Source: Hormiphora californensis (Eukaryota; Animalia; Ctenophora). From it: DNA of 64,000 nucleotides. Of the stretch, positions 11,220 through 24,200 are shown piece by piece. The notes below the pieces were generated by a model that was not told where the DNA came from, made no database searches, and saw only the letters and a list, made by a program, of their open reading frames with translations. The stretch spans positions 4,278,001-4,342,000 of the forward strand of contig CM035354.1 in the NCBI GenBank assembly GCA_020137815.1. The letters run 5' to 3'. A program made the position numbers and the translations under genes. The stretch's first letter is position 1, and each line of letters opens with the position of its first letter.

Positions 11220-13612
11220 TCTCTCTCTCTCTCTCCCCATTTCTCCATGTAGAGAATCCAAGGGTACCATGTGCTGCAGTAGCTAAGATTGCTTGTAAAT
11301 GTCCGTGCCCACTTGGCCACTCTCCATGACACACATGCCTCTCGGCTCTCGGCACTCTCTCTTCACTCTCTCTCTCTCCCCATCACTCTGTTACTTCTCC
11401 CCCGTCACTCTCTCTTTCTCCCCATCACTCTCTTACTTCTCCACTCTTCTATTGTCACCATGACAACGATAATTCATATCACGTGACCGAACTACTGCTG
11501 CAACAGTGGGAGTGAAGGCCCATGATCATGCTCTAAAACACCATCTTATTATCGTGACAAATTGGAACTTGGAAAATGGAACTTGGAAGAGGACCCCTTT
11601 CAAATTTTGTGAATCTCAACCCCTTGTTACCATGGTTACATATTTCTGTTGGGGTGGGACGTGGCAGGTTTACAAATTATGATGAATGAGTGTCCCCACC
11701 GGCATTCAGTGTTGTGCTAGATTACAGATAAGGATGCCATGGCAACCCAACGGATTCAGTGAAAACCAACACCATCTCGCGCATTCTTTATTCTCTCTCA
11801 CCGTCTCTCCAAGTCTCCCACCCAATAACACTCCCTATTTTCCAGCTCCAATCCAGCACGATTTCCACATTGAAGAGTGAGAAGGAACGGTATAGGGCTG
11901 ATCTTGAAAGTCTAAACTTTTCAAAAGAGGAGAGCTATAACGAGAAAAGAAACCTCAATACCAGGATAAAACTCCTCAAAAACAAGTAGGTTGAAATGAT
12001 GTGTCACTTTTTGTATTTGGCAGCCTGAGTGAATTAGTTATTGGCTCGGATTGGTTTTGAGTTGATAACATCCTCATAAACATCCTATTGCTGAATTACC
12101 TAATACCGAGCTAAACACACTCCAAGTGCAAGTATCTCGGGGTGTAGTAGATGGTACATGGCTCCCATTATTAGCCAATATCCTGTTCCTATAGTTGAGT
12201 GTTCAAACCCTCAGCTGTGATACGATACACTCTATTGATATCCGCCCATGATATAGAGAACTCTGTTCTGATAATAATATCCTAGAGATCACTAGGTATA
12301 AGAACATCCGGCTGTCTCTAGAGTCTAGGTTGATTATGACACCCTTAGTCCGGCTGTCCCTTTCCGATTTCTCCTTTCTTTTCCCGACTGATATGCCTCC
12401 ATTACTACTGAAACTACTTAACGTCCCCCAAGACATTCCATTCTCCAATGGACATTGTCCATGTCTCAAGAACGCCATTAGTGTTCTCCCAGACTGAAAA
12501 GTATGATGTCCCCGTCTCAATGCTTCCCCCGCTAAGTTGTCATAGCAACAACGGATTCTACATATTTTCCACCCCCCTTATTATGAGTGATGATGAACAC
12601 TTGACAAATTTATGTGAGAAGGCAATCGCTCAACAGAATGCTTTATGGATCTCTAACTTCCAGAAGTCTCTAATTTCGAGGGGGAAATTAAAATAATATG
12701 TTACGAACTGCTGTCCCAACCTTGACGGGCTGGTGACACCGACCGCGGCATAATAGTGCTTGGAGTGGGGGCCACTGTTGGACCTCCGAACTGGTCTCGC
12801 GTATGTTAGCGTGTGTTCAGGCATTCAGGAAAAAAGACGTTGATTCAGTTGTTCAAAATCAAATAGCTAATATAGCTAATATAGCTATTTGATTTTGAAC
12901 AACTGAATCAACGTCTTTTTTCCTGAATGCCTGAACACACGCTAACATACGCGAGACCAGTTCGGAGGTCCAACAGTGGCCCCCACTCCAAGCAATGTTA
13001 CGAACTCTCCATGACTGCTCCTTCACCAAACTTTCCATTACAGAAGTGACGAACTGGATGAGGAGGTGAAGGAGTTGACAAGATCTAGTCAGGGGCTCAA
13101 ACAGAAGATGGAGGAAAAGGGAAGGCAGTGTGCCGAGAAGAATGAACGGATAAATGAACTGGAAAATGAATTGGCAGCAATCAGATTGGTATACAAAATA
13201 AAGTAGGACAATGTAAAGCAATTCATGTATCACAAGCAACAATATCCATTGCTTGAGAAAGGGGTCATTATTCATGATTATATTATTCATCATTGCATCA
13301 CATATCTCATATCATATATTTTACATTTCTTAGCTCCAAGTTCCAATTCTCATTCCCTTATCTGTCTCACACTGTGTCTCACACGTGGTAACGCATCTCC
13401 CTGATTTGGTGTGTGAATATCTGTCAGTGTGAAATTTTGATCCATGTGACACTGTTCTAGATCGACCTTTAGTTTTGCTTTTCAAAAGACCCTTGTATCA
13501 TTTGTTCAAAACAGCTCGTTATCCCTGGAAATCTTTTGAAAAGCAACGCTTGAGGTCTTCTAGAATATTCCATGGTGATGGAAATTTCAAAATTCAAATC
13601 CGTCTCTCACCC

Positions 13613-13666
<54 letters not shown>

Positions 13667-13700
13667 CCTCTCTCTCCTCTCTCTCTCTCTCTCCCTCCCT

Positions 13701-13784
<84 letters not shown>

Positions 13785-13787
13785 TAC

Positions 13788-13822
<35 letters not shown>

Positions 13823-16800
13823 CCTCTACCTCTCACATATTATTCTACCCTATCTTCCCTGAGCGCATACCTCCGAGGTCCCCCTCCAATAAGTGAGGGG
13901 TATCATTATCACGTGACTTGTCGCATCATTATCACTTATTACGCATCACTATGGTAACTTGCAGGCGTTGCCATAGCAACAAAACCGTTGCAAGCAGCAG
14001 ATCCCGCGCTAACATTGAGAGTGAAGGGAGAGAGAGAGTCGAGAGATTCAAGAACCGATCATATACCCCTACACTCACACACCTCCGGAAGCTCTTCTTC
14101 GACCTCCCCCTAAATCTCACATGTCCCCTCTGAAACCCACAGAGTAGTGAATTGTTCCCCCTGAACCCACAGAGTAGTGCGGATAATGGTGACCAGCTGG
14201 AGAGACTGCAGGATAGTTATACCAGGTGTAGGAGCCAGGCGTCCCTCTTGGAGCAACAAAATGCGCGGTTAACGGACCAAGTCAGCGAGTTGTCACAGGT
14301 ACGGTGAAATGAGAGAGCTCTTCCTTTCTCGCATGTTTGAAGCAGTATCATGCACAGTATCCCTTCCTGAGATATGAATTTAGCCAGAATTACAATAGCA
14401 TGAAGAGCAGACACAAGAATTTTACTAGATACTCTCACGCTTCATGATATAGCATGTGTCTTTCTCTATCTTCATTACATGTCACTGCCCACTACTCCTA
14501 CACGGAAGCAAACTCCCCTAAATAAAGGGGTGTCTCTCTCCCTGGTCTCCTGTATTTCTGCCTGCTGATTCTCTGTCTGCATTAGGCCCGGGAATCCCTC
14601 CTATTTCGTTGTGCCTCAATGGATAGAGAGCTGGCAAGTCATCACACTGCATCCAATGAAACATTTCATGAGAAACTCGGGACAATCAGGGTCCTAACCA
14701 AGGTACTGAAGTCTGATTTCTGAATCACTGCGCTGGCAAGCGCAAAGGTGACCATTCCCTCCCCCAGCCGCGCGTGCCAGAATGCAGTAATAACTTTTTT
14801 CAGTTTTTAGCCAAAAATGGCATTTTGCGACGCCCATAGCGAGGCCCCCACTCCACCAATCAGTCTGAAATTTGGTATACAGTGTCACATAGTCTAGATC
14901 TACTGTAGTTTAAAAGGGCAAGTCTCTATCTCTTTTAGTTTTAGAGATATGGCATCGTGAAAAAAGCAATAAGTGTCCCGGGTCTATCTATCTATGTATC
15001 TATCTATCTATGTATCTATCTATGTATGGATAGACGCTATTTTACCAAATTTATAATCGTTTTTGAGAGAAAACGACATAAGATAGACACTTCTCGTTTG
15101 TTGCATTCGAAAGATAATCGTTTAAATTGTGTAGACGAATAGTTTTCATGTTCTAGGTCCAATTAGAACGTCTTGACAAACTGTCATAAAGATAAGACAT
15201 TTTTCAAACCAACCAAATTTCTTTGAGCTCAATTTACACCCTGAAGACGGTTTCTGATTGAAAAATGGAGACCACACTTATGAAAGATAATCGTCTAAAC
15301 TTTCAGAAACTATATAGCGAATTTGTAAAACTCTATTTCCAAGGGTCTCAAATCGCGTCTGAAGTGTTAAGACTGTATGAAAATAGATATGACGATAGTG
15401 CGTTTTTCGCCATAGCGACCTCAAATCTTGTCCAATCGATCTCAAACTTGGTCAGCCTCTTTATCTAAATGAGCCTGATAATAATTCGGGGCCTGGCAAG
15501 GCCCCCCGACCCGAATATAACCCAAACTCAACCCATCCCCACTAAAACATCCCCCCTAAAACTAAAACAACGGGGCCGAGCCGACAGGCCCTTAATACCA
15601 GATGAAAAAAAAACCATAACCATAACCATTCGGGGCCTGGCAAGGCCCCCCGACCCGAATATAACCCAAACTCAATCCATCCCCCCTAAAACATCACCCC
15701 TAAAACTAAAACAACGGGGCCGAGCCGACAGGCCCTTAATACCAGATGAAAAAAAAACCATAAAACCATTCGGGGCCTGGCAAGGCCCCCCGACCCGAAA
15801 ATAAACCAAACTCAACCCATCCCCCCTAAAAACAACGGGGCCGAGCCGACAGGCCCTTAATACCAGATGAAAAAAAAACCATAAACCGCAAACCATAAAC
15901 CATAAAACCATAGATATTTTTAGAGTGAAAGTTTTGAAGCCCCCTGAAGTCGTAGAGTGGTTTTCTATGGCTCGTTGGAAAGGTCTCGAGGTCCCGCGAC
16001 GTATAGGGGGTGTGGCGATGGCCATACCCATACCTATAAGGGGTAGGACGCGAAAAACAGTCAAAATAAAGGCTATTCAGAACTCGGCAATTAGAAGGAG
16101 TAGAAAGGTGATCTAGGGTGCGTTCGAAAGCTCTCGAGGTGCTGAAGTAATTGGAATGTAATTGGAAGGAATTACATGTAATTAAAATGTAATTACATGT
16201 AAGTAAAGGGTAATTACATGTAATTAAAAGGTCTAAATGACCCAGAATGATAATTTAAACATATTTTGACATATTTGGAGGCCCTGAGACCAGCGGGTGG
16301 CCAAATTTAATCCGGTTTCGGGTCGGCTGACGTAAAAATTCCGCGTTTTGGTCGAGATTCGGGGCCTGGCAAGGCCCCCCGACCCGAATATAACCCAAAC
16401 TCAACCCATCCCCCCTAAAACATCCCCCCTAAAACTAAAACAACGGGGCCGAGCCGACAGGCCCTTAATACCAGATGAAAAAAAAACCATAAACCATAAA
16501 ACCATAAAACCATAACCATAGATATTTTTAGAGTGAAAGTTTTGAAGCCCCCTGAAGTAGTAGAGAGGTGTTCTATGGCTCGTTGGAAAGGTCTCGAGGT
16601 CCCGCGACGTATAGGGGGTGTGGCGATGGCCATACCCAAACCTATAAGGGGTAGGACGCGAAAAACAGTCAAAATAAGGGGTATGCAGATCTCGGCAATT
16701 AGAAGGAGTAGAAAGGTGTTCTAGGGTGCGTTCGAAAGCTCTCAAGGTGCTGAAGTAATTGGAATGTGATTGGAAGTAATTACATGTAATTAAAATGTAA

Positions 16801-18239
16801 TTACATGTAATTAAAGGGTAATTACATGTAATTAAAAGGTCTAAATGACCCCAAATGACAATTCAGACATATTTTGACATATTTGGAGACCCTGAGACCA
16901 GCGGGTGGCCAAATTTAATCAGGTTTCGGGTCGGCTGACGTAAAAACTCCGCGTTTTGGTCGAGATAAACCATAAACCATAAAACCATAACCATAGATAT
17001 TTTTAGAGTGAAAGTTTTGAAGCCCCCTGAAGTAGTAGAGAGGTGTTCTATGGCTCGTTGGAAAGGTCTCGAGGTCCCGCGACGTATAGGGGGTGTGGCG
17101 ATGGCCATACCCAAACCTATAAGGGGTAGGACGCGAAAAACAGTCAAAATAAGGGGTATACAGAACTCGGCAATTGGAAGGAGTAGAAAGGTGTTCTAGG
17201 GTGCGTTCGAAAGCTCTCGAGGTCCTAAAGTAATTGGAATGTAATTGGAAGTAATTACATGTAATTAAAATGTAATTACATGTAATTAAAGGGTAATTAC
17301 ATGTAATTAAAAGGTCTGCATGATCCCAAATGATAATTTAAACATATTTTGACGTATTTGGAGGCCCTGAGACCAGCGGGTGGCCAAATTTAATCCGGTT
17401 TCGGGTCGGCTGACGTAAAAACTCCGCGTTTTGGTCGAGGTAACCATAAACCATAACCATAAAACCATAGATATTTTTAGAGTGAAAGTTTTGAAGCCTC
17501 CTGAAGTAGTAGAGAGGTGTTCTATGGCTCGTTGGAAAGGTCTCGAGGTCTCGCGACGTATAGGGGGTGTGGCGATGGCCATACCCAAACCTATAAGGGG
17601 TAGGACGCGAAAAACAGTCAAAATAAGGGGTATACAGAACTCGGCAATTAGAAGGAGTAGAAAGGTGTTCTAGGGTGCGTTCGAAAGCTCTCGAGGTGCT
17701 GAAGTAATTGGAATGTAATTGGAAGTAATTACATGTAATTAAAATGTAATTACATGTAATTATAGGGTAATTACATGTAATTAAAAGGTCTAAATGACCC
17801 CAAATGACAATTCAGACATATTTTGACGTATTTGGAGGCTCTGAGACCAGCGGGTGGCCAAATTTAATCAGGTTTCGGGTCGGCTGACGTAAAAACTCCG
17901 CGTTTTGGTCGAGGTACTTCCCTATCATGACGTTATAACGTAGTGACGTCACGCTATGACGTCACAATAACGTCAAAATTAAAATTTTCGTATTTTAGCG
18001 ATTCCTGACGGTCTTTACACGTTCTGCTACGTCCAGACATGTCTTACATTGTATTTCACATCAGAAAATACCAAAAATGTACCCCAATTATGCCAAAAAC
18101 TAACAGAAATTAGTTGGCTGAAAAGGTGACCACTTTTGTTGTCAAATTGACACCTTTGCCCGGCCCGGGTTACGGATATCTTCGATTGGGTAAATCAGGG
18201 GTAAATCAGGGAGTTTGAGAATAGAGAGAGATAGGGAGG

Positions 18240-18299
<60 letters not shown>

Positions 18300-21200
18300 T
18301 AGAGAGAGAGAAAGAGAGATAGAAATTAGAGAGGGAAAGATAATGATGAAACCCGGAGAGGGCAAAGGTGTCAATTTGACAACAAAAGTGGTCACCTTTT
18401 CAGCCAACTAATTTCTGTTAGTTTTTGGCATAATAACTATCATCACTATGATCATGATATTCGATCGCTGCCTCTTTCTATCTTTTTCCTGCTGTTGATA
18501 TGACACTGATTCAATTTCAAAATAAAGCCCGTGCATGCCAACCTCTTTAGCTGGTTACTTGATGTGTCTGATTAAAGATTACGTGTAAATTACTCCCTTG
18601 GAATACAACAGGCGTCCAATTCTCCCTCCCCTCCTAGGAGCGAGATATGCTGTCCACTAGGACCAAGGACTTTAAATCCCAACTTGATGAGGCTGAGTGT
18701 GCTATTACCCAACTGAAAAGTGATCTTGCTATAGCTGAGAGGGAACGACGCGAACTGGAAGAGGTATAGATTTAGTATAATAGGCGAGGTTTTGTAAAGA
18801 GTAAAGACTTAAAGTGTGAATATTTTGTAATCCTAAGCTGGCTAGGTTTGACTTTCTTGGATAGCCTCGCGGTCCCTTATAAAATGTCTTGACCGCTCTA
18901 TGAAGAATGTGCATCAAGGGAATAATTATGTGTTTTATCCAGGAGAGAAGGACAGTTATTTCCCACAAGCTTGATGCACAGGAAGCCCTCACAAAGTCCA
19001 ATGAAGTCAATATGGACCTACAGGCACAGACTGATGTTATCATTGATGCACGCGACAAAGCCGAAAGGGTGAGAATACTTTGTTTAAGTTTAGTGTTTTA
19101 GATTCCGTCATCTGCACAGTTCATACTTCATACTATATTCATTAATTGTTTATTAGGAGTGTCTACTGTTGAGAGATAGGATCAATGCTATTGAGGATAC
19201 TGTCTCTTCCAAGGATATGGAAACCAGTTCCAGACTGGCAGAAATCCAGGCTCTTCAGCGGGAAAATAGAACTCTCAGAGAGGTATTGCAATTGGATCTC
19301 GCGTTGTTTCCAAATAGTAACCGGTCGCGGTAGTAACGATTTGGAAAGTTGTTTGCTAAGTTTTGACCACTTGTTGGAAAGTTTTAATTGATCCCCCTCA
19401 GATAAATGATACTCTGAAGGATAGGGTTGATGATAGTGAGAGAGCCAAGACGGATGCTGAACAGCTAATTGAACTGTTGAGGACAGAGAAAGAGGAACTT
19501 GTTGAAGCCAAATCTGAGCTCTTCAATGTACGTATCAATTGTTTTCCAATTATGATAATTTCAAGCCTTATCCATTTGGTTTTTTGAAGAATATTTGACC
19601 CCCACCGCGGGTTTGGAATATCGAAAGTTGAATGGTGCAGGTGGATGGTATTATACAGCGTGCTGCTTGCAGTGATCTGCAGCTACTACTACTGCACTGA
19701 TGAGGTGTATTGTATTGGTGTAAACTGTTGAAGCTGATTACGGAGTGTTATTACCAGTTAATTGGTATACACACACCTCTGGGGCAGGGGTCTTATATCA
19801 CTGCAGGGAGAGTGAGAGGGGGTGTTATACAAGCAAGAATCAATTATGGCCCTAATCTGGGTGTAATTTCAAATTTTAGGTTATGTAGCAGATTGATTAA
19901 TTATAATCTTCCTCTTTTCTTTTCAGTTGAACGAGTCTCTGAACGATGAAGTGAAGGTTACAAAGATAGAGCTGAACGATAGGAAACAGGAGAGTGAGAT
20001 GTTGAAGGAAGAGAAGGATGATGAGAGAAAGGAGAAAATTCAACTTCAACAGGTTCGAATTAAATTGTATTTTCCAGGCTTTTCGACAAATTAAACCTGT
20101 ACTCTGCAGCAGCAGTAGATGAGTTTAGGACTTTCTAATCGTTGCTAATATTCTTTTAATTCTTGCTAATATTCCTTTCTAAACATTGCTCATATCCTTT
20201 CTAACATCCCTACAGCTCCTGGACACCCTCAGTCACGACTCGGAGACCCAGAAAGCGTACCTTGAAACTCAATGCGAGGACTTGGAGGTGGGACTTGAAA
20301 ATTTTCTTGCTATCATTGAAAGCAAGCTGGTAAATCAATGCAATATAATGTCATGTCTCTCTCTTAAATACAGTTGAACATGTTTGAGGGCACTTTTTTA
20401 GATCTCAGAGTTGAGAAAAAAGGTCGTCCAAGTTTCAACCTGTTCACTTGCACTCTCCAAAATCAATGAGTCGACTCTGTGTCGCTCTTTGACGTAAATT
20501 AATGGTTGATTTGCTAAATTGGTGCTACTTTGCAAGCTGAGCTAGAACGCTGATGAGACATTGAGACAGGGCAATGCTGTGCATGATGCTGAGTAATAGC
20601 AGTAGCGCGCGAGGTTTGCCGCATGGGGATAGTGGCGCGCACTCTACCCCCACATGTGAACCGTGGGAACAATTTTAGAATAAGTAAAAGTTTCTGAATC
20701 TGTAGAGTTTACACAGCAGTTCAATGCAGAATGCTTCGATGAGCACATGTGTTAGTGTGTTACCACCCCATACAGCACGGGTATTTGCCCTATATTGCAC
20801 TTGTTCTCATGGCATTATCATCCACTCTTCTAAAGAGACTCCCCCTCCCCCCGACAGAAAGACATTCAGCGTCTCCAGAAAGAGCTCGAGTTGGTCACTG
20901 ACGAAAACACCCGGGTAACCAAGGTAATTAACCATTTACAACTCCCGTAGAGTGTCGTACTGTCGTGTAACTCTGTTATATTCTCAATAGTAGGTCCGGT
21001 TCAAGTAAACGAATCACCCCATCCGATCCCATTTGCCCAGGAATAATTTTCTAGCCGTCTCCCTTCCCCAGGATCTATCTGTGACCAAGGATGAAATTGT
21101 CTACTACAAAGACAAAGCAGAAGAGTGGAAAAATACAGCACAAAGTCTGGAAGATTCACTTAATCTCAGTGAACAAGAGAGACAGGGTGAGTCAGACTGC

Positions 21201-24200
21201 GTGAGTAAGCTACCTTACTGTGTCTGTTATAGCAGAAATGAGAAAATTGGCACTATGCCTTCATTAGAATCATTTTACCGGGGTGGGGGCTCCCCCTGGG
21301 TGATGGCACGACATTTACTAGAGAAGTGATTGGGATACACTTGGTACCTTGGCGAGCATCTCAATTCTTATTCCATTATATTGCAGGTGTCGTAGAGGAT
21401 TTGTTGAGAATTCAGAACGAACTGACAGATCTCAAGGACGAGTACTCGGTAATCGCTGACGAGAGGAACCGGTTCTTGGAAAAATACAACGAATTGAGAA
21501 GGTATGAATATGACTTGCGGATATTATTAAATGTTAGCCCCGGGTTAACTAAATGAACATCATTTGGACCCAATTATCTAAACCTTAACATCAATGATTG
21601 CACATGAAACTTGGATTGTTAGGTAGAGAAATGTCTAAACTTTCGTTTAGGCTTTAGTTTGGGCTCAAAAGTTAATCCTGAAGCTGGGAAATCAGTCTTT
21701 AGTGCAATGGGTCATATTATAATATATGGCCTGTGGTCCTCAAAGGGTTAACCCTTTGGGGACGATAAGCCCCCTGTCGACAGACCATATATGGCATGCT
21801 AACCCCTCTCTCCCTGGTGATGGTAACAGCTCTATTTCCCTAGTGATTGCGAGTCACTCCAAGAGGAGGTGCGAGAGTTGCTACTTGAGAAAGACGAGAA
21901 TCAACATGTTGTGCGGCTATTGGAAACCCAGAAAGCCATCCTGGAGGAGAAATGGAACGGTGGAAAGGATCTGTTAGCTGCTCAGGAGGAATGTATTGAA
22001 CTGAGAGAGGACATCAAAGTGTGCAGGTATGTGTCAGTAATAGAAGGCAAACTATTACATCCAGCCCCCTGCAATAATTGAAATTGATATGAGATATCAA
22101 TGATACGTCTAGACCAAGCACTTGCACCGAGGGCTGTTGTTATGCAGCTACATTGTTGCCATGGTAACCAGGCTAGTGGTATCATAATCGTCTACAGTTG
22201 TTATCGCATGGTGGGGAGTATTGTGTTACCCTTCATTTTACCGCCCAGAATCCTCAGTTTGGATTGTTTATAGGGAGGGTTGGGGATACTGAGAGAGAGT
22301 TCTTGAAATTGCTTGTCGGTGTATAATGACTCTGCTTGTACACGCTTTGTTGTATATTATCAACTTTTTGATAGCCCTCTTTTTCCCTCTCTCTTTCTAT
22401 TTCTTTATATCTCACTATCTTTCTCTCTATCTCTATCTCTCTCCCATCTCTCTTTCTCTCCGTCTACATTTCATCATGCTGTCTTTGGACCCCCTTGAGC
22501 TATCTCATATCAAGGCATCGCACCATTGGTATAAGCTTGCCCTTCGTGCTTGTCTAAAATATCAACACTCAGCACCACATGTTGAATCTTGTTACCATGG
22601 AGACTGCCTGACAACCCGCCTAGCAACCAGCCACCACTTGGTACAACGCCTAGCAACCAGCCACCACTTGACACATCCCCTAGCAACCAGCCACCATTCA
22701 GCAACCAACTTAGTGACCGGTGTTCAGACTATGTTGTCTGAGGAGGAACTGGATAGAATTAAGCGGGATAAACGGTGGTACAAGACAGCGTTTACAGCCC
22801 TAACAGCAAAGTAATTGCAGGGGCTTTGTTTCTATGTCATATCTTGTTCATGCTGTGTCTCGTAGGGCCTTGATTGAGTTAGAAGGAACGGACTGCTACC
22901 ACTTCATTTCACTGCATGTTCTAATACAGTCCACCCCTTGCAGAGAGCGAGTGAAGGAGTTTGAAGAGACCAGTGACGAGATAAGCAATGAGCTGTCCAT
23001 TGCTCAGGAGAAGATATCAACTCTCCTCCAGGACAAAAAGGTACGATTTATTTTCTGGTGGTGCTGCAAAGGCCGGGCATAGCAAGATTTTTCATTGATG
23101 ATGCTTTTCTCCGAGTTTTTCCTGACACCCCGCTCCCCTGATATAACAGAAGAGCCAGGAGAGTTTGGGTCGAGCCGACAAGACAATAGATCTACTGAAT
23201 TCTGATAAGGAGCGGTTAACTAACCAGGTTGCCATGGTTACTAGGGAATATGAGAAACGCCTGGCAGTACTTGACGAGGAACTGGAAGGAGAACAAACTA
23301 AGGTAACATGCTTTATGTAACACATGAACTCGTTAACCCAAAGAGCTGCATATCCGGGAGTATGACTTACATTGTACCAGATGAAATGTCAGCTTATATT
23401 TTTACTCATCTCCTTATCCTCCTACGCAGGTATTCCGAAGGACAGAAGAGAATACCAACCTGAAGAAGCGACTTGATGAAGCCCTCAACATTCACGGCAC
23501 TGAGAAGGCTGACCTGATCAGAGAAAGGAACTCCCTGCAGGACAAGATAACTGCACTTGGACAAATCCGGGAAGACCAGGAGAAGGATTTGGAGAAGAGT
23601 AATGTGAAGATTAATGGATTGGAGGAACATAAGAAGGGGTAATGTTTTAAACGGGACCTTGTTCAACCCTCTCTAAAGGAGGGTTAGAACATACTGGACC
23701 AATATATATTTGATCAATATGTCACGTCAGTTTGTTTGTCTCCTCGGTAGATCTAACATATAGTTACCAACATCCATGTTTCATTTATCCCCCCTCTATT
23801 TCAGTAAGGAGATGAAAGGAGAGCAAGTTAGCGGATGCCCTCAAGGCGATTACTGGTAACCCGGATGTCGAGGACCCTTACGTTGAGGCTGCTAAGGTAT
23901 ATGAAGGAGGTGAAAACGGCCAAGGAAGGATTCGAGAAGGAAGCAAACAAGATACCTGGCCTGGAAAACAGGATCCAGAAACTAGAGAAGGAGCTGGGTA
24001 GGTTCGATATTTCTAGCGAAACTGAGTATATGTTAATCTAGTTTTGGAGCTAGACATTTCAGAAAAGTTCAAACATTTTCCACTCCACAGGAGATGCTGA
24101 GAAATCATCAAGTAACCGCGGAGCTGAGCTCGAGTTGAAGAGTGCCAGTATAGAGCAGCTCGAGGAAAGTAAATCTGGGTTAGAGGAATCTGTTGCTGAG

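Larger units (their letters stand above)
10848..13980. promoter_or_regulatory. Cluster of RFX X-box-like motifs in introns
   Basis: GCTACCATGGTAAT 10848, GTAACCATGGTTAC 10950, GTCACCATGACAAC 11454, GTTACCATGGTTAC 11626, GATGCCATGGCAAC 11733, GTTGTCATAGCAAC 12536, GTTGCCATAGCAAC 13967. Confidence 0.65.

Noticed and set aside
13475-13957. SLSLSL/RERERE ORFs (also 27205-27735, 31091-31388, 10898-11355)
   Set aside because: Translations of (CT/GA)n microsatellites
15925-17673. Four near-identical 63-80 aa ORFs as a tandem peptide gene family
   Set aside because: GTG/TTG starts inside the B repeat, no domain or splice evidence; explained by the array
15484-17913. Hammerhead ribozyme/retrozyme in the repeat units
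   Set aside because: I could not find a CUGANGA...GAAA core with supporting stems on either strand by eye; an Infernal scan would be needed to exclude it fully
21738-21761. piggyBac-like ends (caaagggttaaccctttg)
   Set aside because: A TTAA-centred palindrome is present but I could not find the matching outer termini
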